64,000 bases of DNA, from contig CDROCS010000122.1 in assembly GCA_977020255.1 (NCBI GenBank), positions 248,001 to 312,000 of the forward strand, in the 5' to 3' direction. Origin of the DNA: Obrimoposthia wandeli. Lineage: Eukaryota. The translations under genes were made by a program, and so were the position numbers. The stretch's first letter is position 1; the number at the start of each line of letters is the position of its first letter. The notes below the pieces were generated by a model that worked only from the letters and a program-made list of their open reading frames with translations, made no database searches and was not told the DNA's origin. Below are positions 1 through 11,075 of this stretch, piece after piece.

Positions 1-359
1 ATAATTTTCGCCAAGTCTTGACCGCCAGACAGCTTAATTGATTGTGCTGGATCTTTTGCAGCAGTACGTTGCTTATACTGAGCAGGCGTTTGCCCTGCTT
101 CAGATTGCTCAACGAAGCTACCAGTTTTAAGATCAACAAGCTTAGGCTCGATAAACTGAGCGTAAGACTCTTTGATGTTCGTCGAATCATCCAGTAGGCC
201 AGCTACTGAAAGGATATTTCGCTGAACGTCAAGCACTGCATTTTCTTGTTGAAGAGGACGCAGAACAACCGCAGCAGTTGATACTACGATTGAGCAAACA
301 AGGCTCAATGCAACAACAACAATCAGCGTTTTTTTAATGCTATCATTATTACTTGACAT
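1..359 (-). CDS. nqrC: Na+-translocating NADH:quinone reductase subunit C (N-terminal part, runs off window)
   Basis: Manual translation from ATG at 359: [44 protein letters not shown]; overlaps nqrB stop. Confidence 0.93.
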   Translation of the reverse strand, partial: MSSNNDSIKKTLIVVVALSLVCSIVVSTAAVVLRPLQQENAVLDVQRNILSVAGLLDDSTNIKESYAQFIEPKLVDLKTGSFVEQSEAGQTPAQYKQRTAAKDPAQSIKLSGGQDLAKI

Positions 360-1593
360 GACGTGCTAGCCTCCGTTTGATATTGCCCTGAACTACTAGG
401 TTGTCAAATAGAGGTGCGAATAGGTTAGCGAATAGAATCGCTAGCATCATACCTTCTGGGTACGCTGGGTTAACCACACGAACCATCACAGCCATAGCAC
501 CGATCAATGCGCCGTACCACCACTTACCTTTATTGGTAAATGCCGCAGACACAGGATCTGTCGCCATGAACATCATACCGAATGCAAAACCACCTAGAAC
601 TAGGTGCCAGTGCCAAGGCATGCTGAACAGTGCATTAGTATCAGAACCAATGATGTTAAACAGAGTTGCTGTCGCAATCATACCAATCATAGTACCTGCG
701 ATGATGCGCCATGAAGCAATGCCCATGTACACAATCATTGCACCACCAAGGATGATAGCTAGCGTAGAAACTTCACCGATTGAACCAGGAATACGACCAA
801 TGAAAGCGTCCATCCACGTAATCGCGTCGCCAGTAACAACGTTGATTAGTTTTGCGTCACCACCTTGAGCCCACTGGCTTAGTGCCGTAGCACCAGTAAA
901 GCCGTCAGCTGCTGTCCATACTGCATCACCAGAAATTTGCGCTGGGTATGCGAAGAATAGGAAAGCACGACCTGCAAGTGCAGGGTTAAGGAAGTTACGA
1001 CCAGTTCCACCAAAGATTTCTTTAGCAACAACAACACCGAAGGTAATACCTAGAGCTGCTTGCCAAAGTGGTAGCGTAGCTGGAACGATAAGGGCGAAAA
1101 GAATAGAAGTAACAAAGAAACCTTCGTTAACTTCATGCTTACGCACCATACAGAAAAGTACTTCCCAGAAACCACCCACAGCAAATACTACTGCATAGAT
1201 AGGTAAGAAATACGTCGCACCCAGTAGCATTTTACTGCCCCAGCCAGCATCTGCTGACATGGCGCCACCAAGCATATCTGTTAACCAGTAATGCCAATCA
1301 CCAGCGATGATCGAAACTAGCTGATCGCCTGCATACATGTGGTTCAGTGCAACGATAGCTTGATCACCAACGTTGTACATACCCCAGAACATAGCTGGGA
1401 AAACCGCAAACCACACCATGATCATGATACGTTTTAGATCAACGCTATCACGCACATGTGAACCAGAGCGAGTCACTGTACCTGGTGTATACATAAGAGT
1501 TGCAAACGCTTCATACAGCGCAAACCATCTCTCGTGTTTACCACCTGGTTCAAAGTGATGTTCAACTTGCTCGAGTAAATTCTTGAGACCCAT
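349..1593 (-). CDS. nqrB: Na+-NQR subunit B
   Basis: 414 aa; [12 protein letters not shown] start, [12 protein letters not shown]-Thr motif, [15 protein letters not shown]. Confidence 0.97.
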   Translation of the reverse strand: MGLKNLLEQVEHHFEPGGKHERWFALYEAFATLMYTPGTVTRSGSHVRDSVDLKRIMIMVWFAVFPAMFWGMYNVGDQAIVALNHMYAGDQLVSIIAGDWHYWLTDMLGGAMSADAGWGSKMLLGATYFLPIYAVVFAVGGFWEVLFCMVRKHEVNEGFFVTSILFALIVPATLPLWQAALGITFGVVVAKEIFGGTGRNFLNPALAGRAFLFFAYPAQISGDAVWTAADGFTGATALSQWAQGGDAKLINVVTGDAITWMDAFIGRIPGSIGEVSTLAIILGGAMIVYMGIASWRIIAGTMIGMIATATLFNIIGSDTNALFSMPWHWHLVLGGFAFGMMFMATDPVSAAFTNKGKWWYGALIGAMAVMVRVVNPAYPEGMMLAILFANLFAPLFDNLVVQGNIKRRLARHVK

Positions 1594-1596
1594 GAA

Positions 1597-2937
1597 TTAC
1601 CCTTCCTTCTCAATTTTGTCCAGGCACTCACGTAACAGTGGACCAAACTCATACTTACCTGGGCATACAAATGTACATAGAGCTAGATCTTCTTCATCCA
1701 GTTCTAACGCACCCAGTAATTGTGCACTATCGCTATCACCAGCACACAAATCACGAAGAAGTAGTGTTGGTTCAACATCCAGAGGCATGACTTTTTCATA
1801 GCTGCCAATTGGCACCATGGCGCGATCACTACCATTGGTCGACGTTGTCATATTAAACAACTGACCAGGGAAGAATTGGCTTAGGAAAGAACGTGTAACA
1901 GAAAACTTGTTTTTACCTGGAACAATCCAGCCTAAGAATTCTTTTTCATAGCCTTCACGCAGCGCAGATACCTGTAAATGGTAACGACCAAGGTACCCAT
2001 AAGGACCTGTCGCAGGAATACCATTTAATACAGAACCTGAAATCACACGAATTTGGCCAGGCATTAGCTCTGAATCAGTTAGCTGCTCAATAGAAGCACC
2101 AATCTGAGTACGAACCAAACGCGGCTTATTCACAACAGGACCAGCCAATGCAATAACACGATCAGTATAAAGCTCACCCGTAAGGAAAAGCTGACCGAAC
2201 GCAATCACGTCTTGGTAGTTGATGTGCCATGCTACATTTGCAGCATCAGCGCCGAATAGCATGTGAATGTGCGTACCAACAAGACCAGAAGGGTGTGGGC
2301 CGTTAAATACGTGCTCTTCAATATTCGCTTCAGAACATCGAGGAAGGCTAGCACCTGATTTACAAACATGTACTTTATCGCTTGTTAAACGCGACAATAG
2401 CGTTAAACCAGCAACAAAAGCATCTGCTTGCTCATTGATAATAGCTTCAGGATTAGCAGCTAGAGGATTAGTATCAACCGCTGTCACAAAGATAGCCTTT
2501 GTTTCAGAATCGATTGCAGCAACTTTGCTGAATGGACGCGTACGAAGCGCAGTCCACATACCAGACTCAACCAATTGCTCAACAATCGCAGCGCGATCTA
2601 GTTGGGCTAATTGATCAGCCTTATAGCTGTTAAATGTGACTTGCTCGTTGCCTTCTACATCAATCACAACCGATTGTAGAACACGCTTAGCGCCACGATT
2701 AATTTCTGCAACCTTACCACTAGCTGGAGCAGTGAATTTAACGCCAGGATTCTTTTTATCTTCAAAAAGAATCTGACCTTTTTTCACTACATCCCCTACG
2801 CGAGTATGCATTGTAGGACGCATACCAACATATTCTTCGCCAAGTAAGGCAACTCTTGTGATGGCATTACCATCATTTATCACCTGGGTAGGAGTCCCTG
2901 AGATTGGGAGATCTAACCCTTTTTTTATTGTAATCAT
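1597..2937 (-). CDS. nqrA: Na+-NQR subunit A
   Basis: Start moved to [12 protein letters not shown] (ATG at 2937); C-terminal [21 protein letters not shown]. Confidence 0.97.
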   Translation of the reverse strand: MITIKKGLDLPISGTPTQVINDGNAITRVALLGEEYVGMRPTMHTRVGDVVKKGQILFEDKKNPGVKFTAPASGKVAEINRGAKRVLQSVVIDVEGNEQVTFNSYKADQLAQLDRAAIVEQLVESGMWTALRTRPFSKVAAIDSETKAIFVTAVDTNPLAANPEAIINEQADAFVAGLTLLSRLTSDKVHVCKSGASLPRCSEANIEEHVFNGPHPSGLVGTHIHMLFGADAANVAWHINYQDVIAFGQLFLTGELYTDRVIALAGPVVNKPRLVRTQIGASIEQLTDSELMPGQIRVISGSVLNGIPATGPYGYLGRYHLQVSALREGYEKEFLGWIVPGKNKFSVTRSFLSQFFPGQLFNMTTSTNGSDRAMVPIGSYEKVMPLDVEPTLLLRDLCAGDSDSAQLLGALELDEEDLALCTFVCPGKYEFGPLLRECLDKIEKEG

Positions 2938-3348
2938 ACGCACTTGCACTACATTAACGGGAAAAAGAATTTTATATTGCGCAGTTAAGACACGACTTTC
3001 CTTTGTCTGACACGGGCTCTTTTTGTAACCCGTATCGCAACATCCTATTAACCGGCTTGATACATCATTTGATGCCAAGTCGTTTTCAAGCCCGCGATTC
3101 TAGCACTAATTCACTAGATTTTGCCACGGCAAACCACGTTAATAGGTCCAAAAATCAATTAACAACCCAAAGAGAGTACCTTTCGTAGGTAATAAGTTTG
3201 ACTCAACGCACAAATGTGGAAATATCTCGATTCAACAAAATACACCCACTTACACAATTAAATTAACAGGCCGATTACACACTAAAAACAGTCATAATAA
3301 TAGGGCAACAAAGCCCCATTTCCATTGTTAAAAAAACAGTTCTCGATG

Positions 3349-4434
3349 TTAATCGATATTTACATCTGCATTCTCTGTAAAGCGCCCATATTGCCGAACA
3401 TCAATAAGAAAGCGGTAATAAGAGTCATACACTTTCTTTAAGATTGGGTCTGAATCACTTTTTTCTACTAATAATTCGTTAGTCAGTTGCTTAAGCCGAA
3501 GCAAAACGTCGTCGGGAAACACTTTCAACGACACATCATGTTCATTGAGTAAAATATCCAATGCCTGAACATTTTTGAATGTGTATTCATCCAGCATATC
3601 TTGGCTGACTGCACGAGCAGCAACTTTTATGATTTCTCTTAAGTCAACAGGCAATGCTTGCAAAGCATCTTTGTTAATCAGGAATTCCAGATTCGTTCCT
3701 GGCTCATGCCATCCTGGGTAATAATAGTACTTGGCTGCGTTATGTAAACCAAAGGCCAAATCATTATAAGGACCAACCCATTCTGTCGCGTCTATCGCAC
3801 CCGTTTCTAGCGCCGTAAACAATTCACCGCCAGGTAAACTAACAGGGATCCCTCCAGCACGTTTAAGTACATCTGCACCAAAGCCTGGTAAACGCATTTT
3901 CAATCCATAAAGATCATCGATAGTGGTGATTTTTTTATTAAACCATCCCCCCATTTGCGCCCCAGTATTTCCTCCAGCCAGTGGAACAACGCCAAAAGGT
4001 GCATAGAGTTCCTGCCATAATTCAAGACCACCACCATAATGAAGCCATGCATTCATTTCTTGTGCCGTCATTCCAAAAGGAATAGAGGCGAAAAAAGGCG
4101 CCGCTGGAATCTTTTTTTGCCAGTAATAAGCCGCAGAGTGCCCCATTTGTACTGACCCTTTAGAGACAGCATTAAAGACATCAAAACTGGGTACCTGTTC
4201 ACCCGCACCATACACTTTTATTCGTAAACGACCTTGGCTTAGTATGTTTACTTTTTTGGCAAAATTCTCCGGAGCCTCTCCTAACCCAGGAAAACCTTTA
4301 GGCCAAGACGTCACTAACGTCCATTCAATAGTACTTATATCTTCAACTTTGCTTGTTGAATCATTACTATCACAAGCACTAATAAGCAGCGATGCTATAA
4401 GCGCAACAATCGCTTTCACACTTCGTAGCATCAT
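3349..4434 (-). CDS. TRAP transporter solute-binding protein (DctP family), probable lipoprotein
   Basis: WTLVTSWP, GNTGAQMGGWF, LKMRLPG, GAIDATEWVGP motifs; LISAC lipobox-like. Confidence 0.88.
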   Translation of the reverse strand: MMLRSVKAIVALIASLLISACDSNDSTSKVEDISTIEWTLVTSWPKGFPGLGEAPENFAKKVNILSQGRLRIKVYGAGEQVPSFDVFNAVSKGSVQMGHSAAYYWQKKIPAAPFFASIPFGMTAQEMNAWLHYGGGLELWQELYAPFGVVPLAGGNTGAQMGGWFNKKITTIDDLYGLKMRLPGFGADVLKRAGGIPVSLPGGELFTALETGAIDATEWVGPYNDLAFGLHNAAKYYYYPGWHEPGTNLEFLINKDALQALPVDLREIIKVAARAVSQDMLDEYTFKNVQALDILLNEHDVSLKVFPDDVLLRLKQLTNELLVEKSDSDPILKKVYDSYYRFLIDVRQYGRFTENADVNID

Positions 4435-4635
4435 CTATTACTCCTTCCGTTTGGCACACTGCAAACTATACTTATTAGTATCAGCATTTATTAGTGTCAA
4501 CGTTTATCAGTGCCAAACTCTTCACAAGTATAGCCAGAAATTTAGACTCTACTCATTTCCCTATCCTTAGGAATACTGTTCAATAATACGCCAATCATAC
4601 TTATAATGTTGCTTTTCAATTCAAATTTTTAAACG

Positions 4636-4662
4636 AAAAAAACCGCAACAAATGCGGTTTTT
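4636..4662. terminator. Probable intrinsic terminator downstream of bolA
   Basis: AAAAAAACCGCA-ACAAA-TGCGGTTTTT stem with A/T tracts. Confidence 0.7.
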
Positions 4663-4725
4663 ATATTGAATAAATAGTAACAGTCACGATCTACTACCCT
4701 AAAGAGGTATTTGTTCGTGTTTCGA

Positions 4726-5034
4726 TTATTTAGAACCACCTTGGCATGAAGGTGATAATGGCGCACCATTTGAGAGCTCTTGCCATTCACTGAGCGTATA
4801 AGTATGAATAGCTAAGGCATGTATATCATTGGCTAACTCATGCGCGAGGGCTGAATTCACCGCGCGATGGCGGCCAATTAAACGTGTTCCTTCAAATTGC
4901 TCACTCACCACTATCACTTTAAAGTGGCTTTCAGAGCCTTCAGGTACGTTGTGCATGTAACTTTCATTTATGACTTCTAAATGAGCAGGTGAAAGTGCTT
5001 TTTGTAACTTTTCTTGAATGCGTTCCTGAATCAT
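4726..5034 (-). CDS. bolA: BolA family regulator
   Basis: [38 protein letters not shown]. Confidence 0.95.
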   Translation of the reverse strand: MIQERIQEKLQKALSPAHLEVINESYMHNVPEGSESHFKVIVVSEQFEGTRLIGRHRAVNSALAHELANDIHALAIHTYTLSEWQELSNGAPLSPSCQGGSK

Positions 5035-5213
5035 AACTCTTACTCACGGCCGTTTATATTCGTAAATTAAATGCTTTATTTGGATCTTTAAATTATCTCA
5101 TATTCAAAAAACAACAGATAAAAAAGCAGTTAAATTCGATAATAGGATTGCAGTACACAGTGGTTCTGCGAAAATAGATAACTAATTTCAAACATACCTG
5201 AAAGTTATCTGTA

Positions 5214-6338
5214 ATGAAACCTGCGCTGACTCTGCATGATCGTACGTTAAAACTTAACCGTTTTCCGATACGCAAAATTGAAACCCTGCAAGCATGGGAT
5301 GCTGCAGATGAGTATTTAATTAACCATACTCATGGCATGGAGCTCGATCCACAGCGCCCGATTCTAATTCTGAATGACAGTTTTGGCGCTTTAAGCTGCT
5401 GGTTTGCTGAACGAGCTAATGTTACGAGCGTTACTGATTCTTTTGTGGCAAAACAAGGCTGTATAGCAAACCTAACAGCGAATCAGCTGCCCAATGTTAA
5501 TATTGTTGATTGCTTGGCGGAATTGCCTAAAAACCCACAATTAGTATTAATAAAGCTACCTAAGAATAACCGCTTGCTTACTTGGCAATTACAACAACTA
5601 TGTCATCTTTTACCAGAAGATTGCATGGTTATTGGCGCGGCAAAAGCAAAAGATATTCACACTTCAACACTGAAACTTTGTGATAAATATCTAGGCGAGA
5701 CCAAAACATCTTTAGCTGTAAAAAAAGCACGTTTAGTCTTTATTACACCTAAGGCTTCACTCGCTAAACCCATGCCTGAAGCTAAAGCATGGGATGTACC
5801 AGAACATGACATCAAATTAAGTAATCATGCCAATGTCTTCTCGGGGGAAAGTTTAGACATTGGTGCGCGTTTATTATTGAACCACATTCCTCAAAACCTA
5901 AAATACAACGATATTATCGATTTAGGCTGCGGTAATGGTGTCATCGGTATTAAAGCTGCACGACGTAACCCACAGGCAAAAATCACCTGTGTCGATGAAA
6001 GTTTCATGGCTGCCGCATCTTGCACAGAAAATGCGAAACAGAACCTAGAAACACCCGAGCAGCTCACCGCTATTGTTACCGATTGCCTCGCAGGTATTGA
6101 ACATAGCAGCGCTGATCTCGTTTTATGTAACCCACCGTTCCACCAGCAAACAACTATTACTGATCATATTGCTTGGCAAATGTTCTGTGATGCAAAGCAA
6201 GTTTTAAGACCAAAGGGAGAGTTAATCGTCATTGGTAATCGCCAGTTAGGATACGATGACAAACTTAAACGTCTATTTGGTAATGTCGAAATCATTGCGC
6301 AGAATGACAAATTCATTGTCTATAAATCTGTAAAATAA
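5214..6338 (+). CDS. rlmG: rRNA (guanine-N2)-methyltransferase, RlmG family
   Basis: LQAWDAADEYL, DLGCGNGVIG SAM motif, LCNPPFHQ. Confidence 0.8.
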   Translation: MKPALTLHDRTLKLNRFPIRKIETLQAWDAADEYLINHTHGMELDPQRPILILNDSFGALSCWFAERANVTSVTDSFVAKQGCIANLTANQLPNVNIVDCLAELPKNPQLVLIKLPKNNRLLTWQLQQLCHLLPEDCMVIGAAKAKDIHTSTLKLCDKYLGETKTSLAVKKARLVFITPKASLAKPMPEAKAWDVPEHDIKLSNHANVFSGESLDIGARLLLNHIPQNLKYNDIIDLGCGNGVIGIKAARRNPQAKITCVDESFMAAASCTENAKQNLETPEQLTAIVTDCLAGIEHSSADLVLCNPPFHQQTTITDHIAWQMFCDAKQVLRPKGELIVIGNRQLGYDDKLKRLFGNVEIIAQNDKFIVYKSVK

Positions 6339-6437
6339 CAACATATCGAATATCGAGTTCAACTTTTTTCTATGATTAGCCGCGTTAGTCTTTATCTAAC
6401 ATGGCTGGTTATATTTCAGTTAAGGATAAAAAGAAAA

Positions 6438-7007
6438 ATGAAAAAGTTTTTTTTAGCAGCTTCCGTCTTTGCATTAACAGCTTGCTCTACACCATCAGAA
6501 CCACAATTAACCCTTTCACCTGCACCTGTTATTGCGGCCCAACCTACCACTAACGGACAGGCGCTAAATTTAGAAAGCCGTGACTTACGTACCGCGCAGT
6601 TTATTGCGGTGGTTGATAGCGGGCGTCAAAATGTACAGCCTTTACATGCAACACAAAATTTACGCCTTACTTTAGAAAACGCTCTTTCTCGCCAGTTTCA
6701 ATCCCAAGGTTATAAGCTAACAGAAGATGCACAAGACACCGTACGTCTTGATATCTTAGAAGCAATGGTGAATGTGAAACACAGCATCATGAGCCACGAT
6801 CTGAGTAGTAAACTACAACTACAATTAGTGGTTGAAACGAGTAAAGGGAAATTTGTTAAACGCTATTCTGGAAAGTCTGAACGTAATGGTGCAATGAGCG
6901 CATCCGTTGAAGATATGGAATTAAGCATGAATAATCTGATGACCGCGGTATTGAAAGATATTTATGCTGATGCAGAATTGAACAAGTATCTTCAGGAGAA
7001 CTTATAA
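6438..7007 (+). CDS. yajG: YajG family lipoprotein
   Basis: Start moved to MKKFF; LTAC lipobox; bolA/ampG synteny. Confidence 0.85.
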   Translation: MKKFFLAASVFALTACSTPSEPQLTLSPAPVIAAQPTTNGQALNLESRDLRTAQFIAVVDSGRQNVQPLHATQNLRLTLENALSRQFQSQGYKLTEDAQDTVRLDILEAMVNVKHSIMSHDLSSKLQLQLVVETSKGKFVKRYSGKSERNGAMSASVEDMELSMNNLMTAVLKDIYADAELNKYLQENL

Positions 7008-7558
7008 TGCACCGTTACCTTCTCGCTTTTTGTTTATTACTGGCTTTGCCTGTAACGGCCGCAACTCAAGTATTAGTCACAACCAATCTTGGTGAGTTCA
7101 CCATTCAACTGAATGAAGAAAAAGCACCTATTTCAAGCAAAAACTTTCTACGCTATGTTGAAGATGGCAGCTACGTAAATACGATTTTTCACCGAGTGAT
7201 CCCCGGTTTTATGGCACAAGGCGGTGGCTTTGATCAAGAAATGAAGCGCCGCGATAGCTATACACCAATCAAAAATGAATCAACAAATGGCTTAGAGAAC
7301 AATCGAGCAACTGTTGCTATGGCACGTACACAAAATCCTGACTCAGCAACTCGTCAGTTTTACATCAATTACCAAAACAATAGCTTTCTAAATGCTCAAG
7401 GTAGTCGTGCTGGTTATGCCGTATTTGGTGAAGTTGTGAAGGGCTTCTCAACTATTGAAAAAATGACTGCTATACCTACCACAACTATTGGATCTTTAGG
7501 TATGAAAGATGTTCCTCAGCAACCTATAGTTATTAAGGCTATTAAAATTATTCAATAG
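7007..7558 (+). CDS. Periplasmic cyclophilin-type peptidyl-prolyl isomerase
   Basis: FHRVIPGFMAQGGG, AMART..PDSATRQFYIN, GYAVFGEV; signal peptide. Confidence 0.93.
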   Translation: MHRYLLAFCLLLALPVTAATQVLVTTNLGEFTIQLNEEKAPISSKNFLRYVEDGSYVNTIFHRVIPGFMAQGGGFDQEMKRRDSYTPIKNESTNGLENNRATVAMARTQNPDSATRQFYINYQNNSFLNAQGSRAGYAVFGEVVKGFSTIEKMTAIPTTTIGSLGMKDVPQQPIVIKAIKIIQ

Positions 7559-7595
7559 ATTAGATAACGTCACCTGATCGTTATCTAATGCTCAG

Positions 7596-7967
7596 GTGAC
7601 TGCCATGCTAACTCTTGTATCATCAAAGCCAGATATTTCTTCTGAAGTCATTGACCAACACATTACCGATTATGCTCCCGCACTTGCATTAAGCGCGCTT
7701 GCCACGATGAATGGTGATGTGACTTACACATCGCTAAAAACAACCTGTACTGAACACCTTCATGAATGGTGGAAATTATCGGTTTCTTCCGGTACACCAG
7801 AGGATGGATATGAATCTGTCTATTGGCACCTTTTACACTTATTGGAATCATTAGAAGAACACCAACTACTGGGTAATAGCTTCATTCAATTTAAAGTGTC
7901 CAGTTGTGCTCAATTTTTGCTTGGCATCGGTGCTATACCCATAAAGACGCAAGGTATAAGACCTTAA
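7596..7967 (+). CDS. Hypothetical protein (123 aa)
   Basis: GTG-start ORF filling the gap between the cyclophilin and ampG; no motif recognised. Confidence 0.6.
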   Translation: MTAMLTLVSSKPDISSEVIDQHITDYAPALALSALATMNGDVTYTSLKTTCTEHLHEWWKLSVSSGTPEDGYESVYWHLLHLLESLEEHQLLGNSFIQFKVSSCAQFLLGIGAIPIKTQGIRP

Positions 7968-8137
7968 TTAGTCATGCTCTGCCGCCTAAATAAAGCAATA
8001 TATCGCTTACTATTCGCTTAAATGACATCTAGTTAATAATAAACCGTATTTTGACTGTCTTTTTACAGAAGTTCACAGTAGCTTACCTTTATAATTGATA
8101 GATACAGCGGCAACGCTATCAAGGGTTAGAGGTATTC

Positions 8138-9526
8138 ATGGATCAAGCGGTAGAAGATAATAACAATCAGGGCTGGCGAGTATATTTAGAGAAAAAAGTC
8201 CTCATCATGCTAGCGTTAGGCTTTTCTTCTGGACTGCCTATATTACTTGTTTTTGGTACCCTGTCGTTTTGGCTTCGTGAAGCCGAAATCAGCCGAACTG
8301 ATATTGGCTTCTTTAGTTGGGTAGCACTCGCATACGGCTTTAAATGGATATGGTCACCATTAATCGACCGCTTTCCTATTCCTGTTTTTTCCCGTCTATT
8401 GGGTCGACGACGCGGCTGGATGCTGTTCTCACAGTTAATGATTGTGCTTTCATTGTGCGGTATGGCACTCAGCAACCCTCAAGTTGATCTAATTCAACTC
8501 GCCATTTTTGCAGTTATTGTCGCTTTTGCCTCTGCATCACAAGATATCGTCATTGATGCCTACCGTATTGAACTCGCAACAGAACGCCTTCAAGCCGCAC
8601 TAGCAGCGGCTTATATGACAGGTTATCGCCTTGCTATGATCATGGCTGGCGCTGGCGCCTTAGCATTTGCAGCATGGTTTGGTTCAGATACAGAATACGA
8701 TGTAACGGGCTGGAAAGCCGCTTACTTCATCATGGCTGGTTTTATGTTGGTCGGTATTATTACGGCTCTGTGTATTAACGAACCCACTATCGACAGCGCT
8801 GACATTGAAAATGCTGAACGAGAATATCGCCAACAATTAATCAGTAATGGTATGACACCGAAAAAAGCCAGAATAGCCGCATGGTTCTATACTGCTGCTG
8901 TTATGCCCTTCAAAGATTTTTTCGATCGATACGGGCGTCATGCTTTACTCATCTTAGCCTTAATTGGTTGTTATCGGATCTCCGATGTCGTGATGGGGGT
9001 GATGGCCAATGCCTTCTATGTTGATATGGGCTTTACTAAAACCCAAGTGGCGTCTGTCACCAAAATTTATGGCGTCATTATGACGCTAGTGGGTGCTGGG
9101 CTGGGGGGTATTTTAATCAGTAAGTTCGGTACTATGCGTATATTAGCACTTGGTGCTGTTTTATCTGCCTGCACGAATTTACTGTTTATGCTCTTTACCT
9201 TTATTGGTAACAGTATACCTATGCTTGCTATTGTCATCTCTGCCGATAACTTAAGCGCCGGTATTGCCACCGCAGCTTTCATTACTTATCTATCCAGCTT
9301 AACCAATGTCGCATTTTCAGCGACACAATATGCACTTTTTAGCTCAATAATGCTGCTATTCCCAAAGTTCATTGCTGGTTTTTCAGGCATGTATGTCGAC
9401 AACTTTGGTTATAACGTTTTCTTCTTTACGACCGCACTGATCGGCTTACCGGTTTTACTGCTCGTTTATTTAGTGGCAACGAAATCTAAAAAACACGATA
9501 AAGTCAGCTCTACCCTCACTTCATAA
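8138..9526 (+). CDS. ampG: Muropeptide MFS permease AmpG
   Basis: LGFSSGLP, FKWIWSPLIDR, GRRRGW, SASQDIVIDAYRIE, ATQYALFSS. Confidence 0.95.
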   Translation: MDQAVEDNNNQGWRVYLEKKVLIMLALGFSSGLPILLVFGTLSFWLREAEISRTDIGFFSWVALAYGFKWIWSPLIDRFPIPVFSRLLGRRRGWMLFSQLMIVLSLCGMALSNPQVDLIQLAIFAVIVAFASASQDIVIDAYRIELATERLQAALAAAYMTGYRLAMIMAGAGALAFAAWFGSDTEYDVTGWKAAYFIMAGFMLVGIITALCINEPTIDSADIENAEREYRQQLISNGMTPKKARIAAWFYTAAVMPFKDFFDRYGRHALLILALIGCYRISDVVMGVMANAFYVDMGFTKTQVASVTKIYGVIMTLVGAGLGGILISKFGTMRILALGAVLSACTNLLFMLFTFIGNSIPMLAIVISADNLSAGIATAAFITYLSSLTNVAFSATQYALFSSIMLLFPKFIAGFSGMYVDNFGYNVFFFTTALIGLPVLLLVYLVATKSKKHDKVSSTLTS

Positions 9527-9567
9527 CGTAATTCGAAAACGGTATTTCACCTAGAAATGGTATTTAA

Positions 9568-9607
9568 AGAGATATTCTGTTGATGCAGAATATCTCTGCT
9601 TTTTTTA
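9568..9607 (+). terminator. Intrinsic terminator after ampG
   Basis: AGAGATATTCTG-TTGATG-CAGAATATCTCT followed by a T run. Confidence 0.75.
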
Positions 9608-9885
9608 TAACCCTATTTCCCTTCTAAATCCCCAGTCTACCCACCTTAAAATTATATCAATTTCACATGCCTCTGAAAAAGTTCAATTGAATTTCAAAAA
9701 AAAACCACAAAGATCACTAAAACCTTCTATTTGAAATCGATTACACCCGATCAAGATCACATTTAGCAAAGGATTGCGCAATCGTTACATTCCCAAAGGT
9801 GACATAAAGCAATAGAATCACTGCCATAAATACGGACAGCCCATATAAGTCCGATCATAACAACACAATTAGCGAGTATCTGATT

Positions 9886-10701
9886 ATGCGTAAATCACTA
9901 GTAGCACTGAGCCTATTAGCAGCAACCGCACTACCTACAGTAGTAAGTGCAGCTGACTATTCTGATGGCATCCACAAGAATGATTACAAGTTTTTGCAAT
10001 TTAACCTCATGGGTGCAATTAAAGAAAAAGGTCCATACGAATCAACTCACGATTACCTAGAAATGGAGTTTGGCGGTCGTAATGGCGTTTTTGATTTATA
10101 TGGCTACGTTGACGTATTCAACCTAACTAGTGATTCAAGCAGTGACAAAGCTGGTAAAGATAAGATCTTTATGAAGTTTGCACCGCGTATGTCTCTTGAT
10201 GCTGTAACAGGCAAAGACCTGTCTTTCGGTCCTGTTCAAGAACTTTACCTAGCGACTCTTATGGAGTGGGACGGCGGCAGCAACGGTGTTAACACACAGA
10301 AAATCGGTCTTGGTTCTGATGTAATGGTTCCTTGGTTTGGCAAAATGGGTCTAAACCTTTACGGTACGTACGATTCAGGTAAAAAAGACTGGAACGGCTA
10401 CCAAATCTCAACTAACTGGTTCAAGCCATTTTTCTTCTTCGACAATGGTAGCTTCGTCTCTTACCAAGGTTACATCGATTTCCAATTCGGTATGGAAGAT
10501 GAATACGTACAAGCTAGCAGTGGCGGCGCAATGTTTAACGGTATCTACTGGCACTCAGATCAATTTGCTGTCGGTTACGGTCTGAAACTATACAAAGACG
10601 TATACGGCTTCAAAGATGGCGAAGCTCTACCATGGGATTCTTCAGCAACATCTGATTCATCTGGTGTTGGTCACTACGTATCAGTTACATATAAGTTCTA
10701 A
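9886..10701 (+). CDS. ompK: OmpK/Tsx family outer membrane channel, copy 1
   Basis: MRKSL..ADYSDGIHKNDY, HDYLEMEFGGR, MKFAPRMSLD, C-terminal YKF. Confidence 0.88.
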   Translation: MRKSLVALSLLAATALPTVVSAADYSDGIHKNDYKFLQFNLMGAIKEKGPYESTHDYLEMEFGGRNGVFDLYGYVDVFNLTSDSSSDKAGKDKIFMKFAPRMSLDAVTGKDLSFGPVQELYLATLMEWDGGSNGVNTQKIGLGSDVMVPWFGKMGLNLYGTYDSGKKDWNGYQISTNWFKPFFFFDNGSFVSYQGYIDFQFGMEDEYVQASSGGAMFNGIYWHSDQFAVGYGLKLYKDVYGFKDGEALPWDSSATSDSSGVGHYVSVTYKF

Positions 10702-10728
10702 GAAGTCCCCCCCTTCTTATTGAACATG

Positions 10729-10753
10729 AAAGGCGCCTATTGGCGCCTTTTTT
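10729..10753 (+). terminator. Intrinsic terminator after OmpK copy 1
   Basis: AAAGGCGCC-TATT-GGCGCCTTTTTT. Confidence 0.8.
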
Positions 10754-11075
10754 AATATTTTCAAGACAATATAGCGCCAACTTAGCACTATAATTCGCAA
10801 AAATAAGACACTTATTGTTTTTGATACTCCCCCTCTTTTCAGTGCTTTTTCAGTACCTTCTTATTTCTTCATGCCATCTGCGCAACACTTTCCTTGCTTA
10901 ATTTTAAGACCCTCACACAAAACTGAGAATCTACGCTAACCTTGTTTTAGGTGCGTTGCTCATTATTTGACCGCCTTGGGCAAGGCACTATTTTTTAAAG
11001 TTATGTTCAACGACAAATACAATATGGGCATAACAACACAATGAAACAGCAACGGCATAAAAGCGAGATCCCTCA

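Noticed and set aside
401-2614. Antisense ORFs over nqrB/nqrA and similar shadow ORFs over thiI, purL, guaB, abgT and der (e.g. 43172-43612, 63497-63823)
   Set aside because: They mirror strongly conserved genes, lack RBSs and motifs, and are expected by-products of codon bias.
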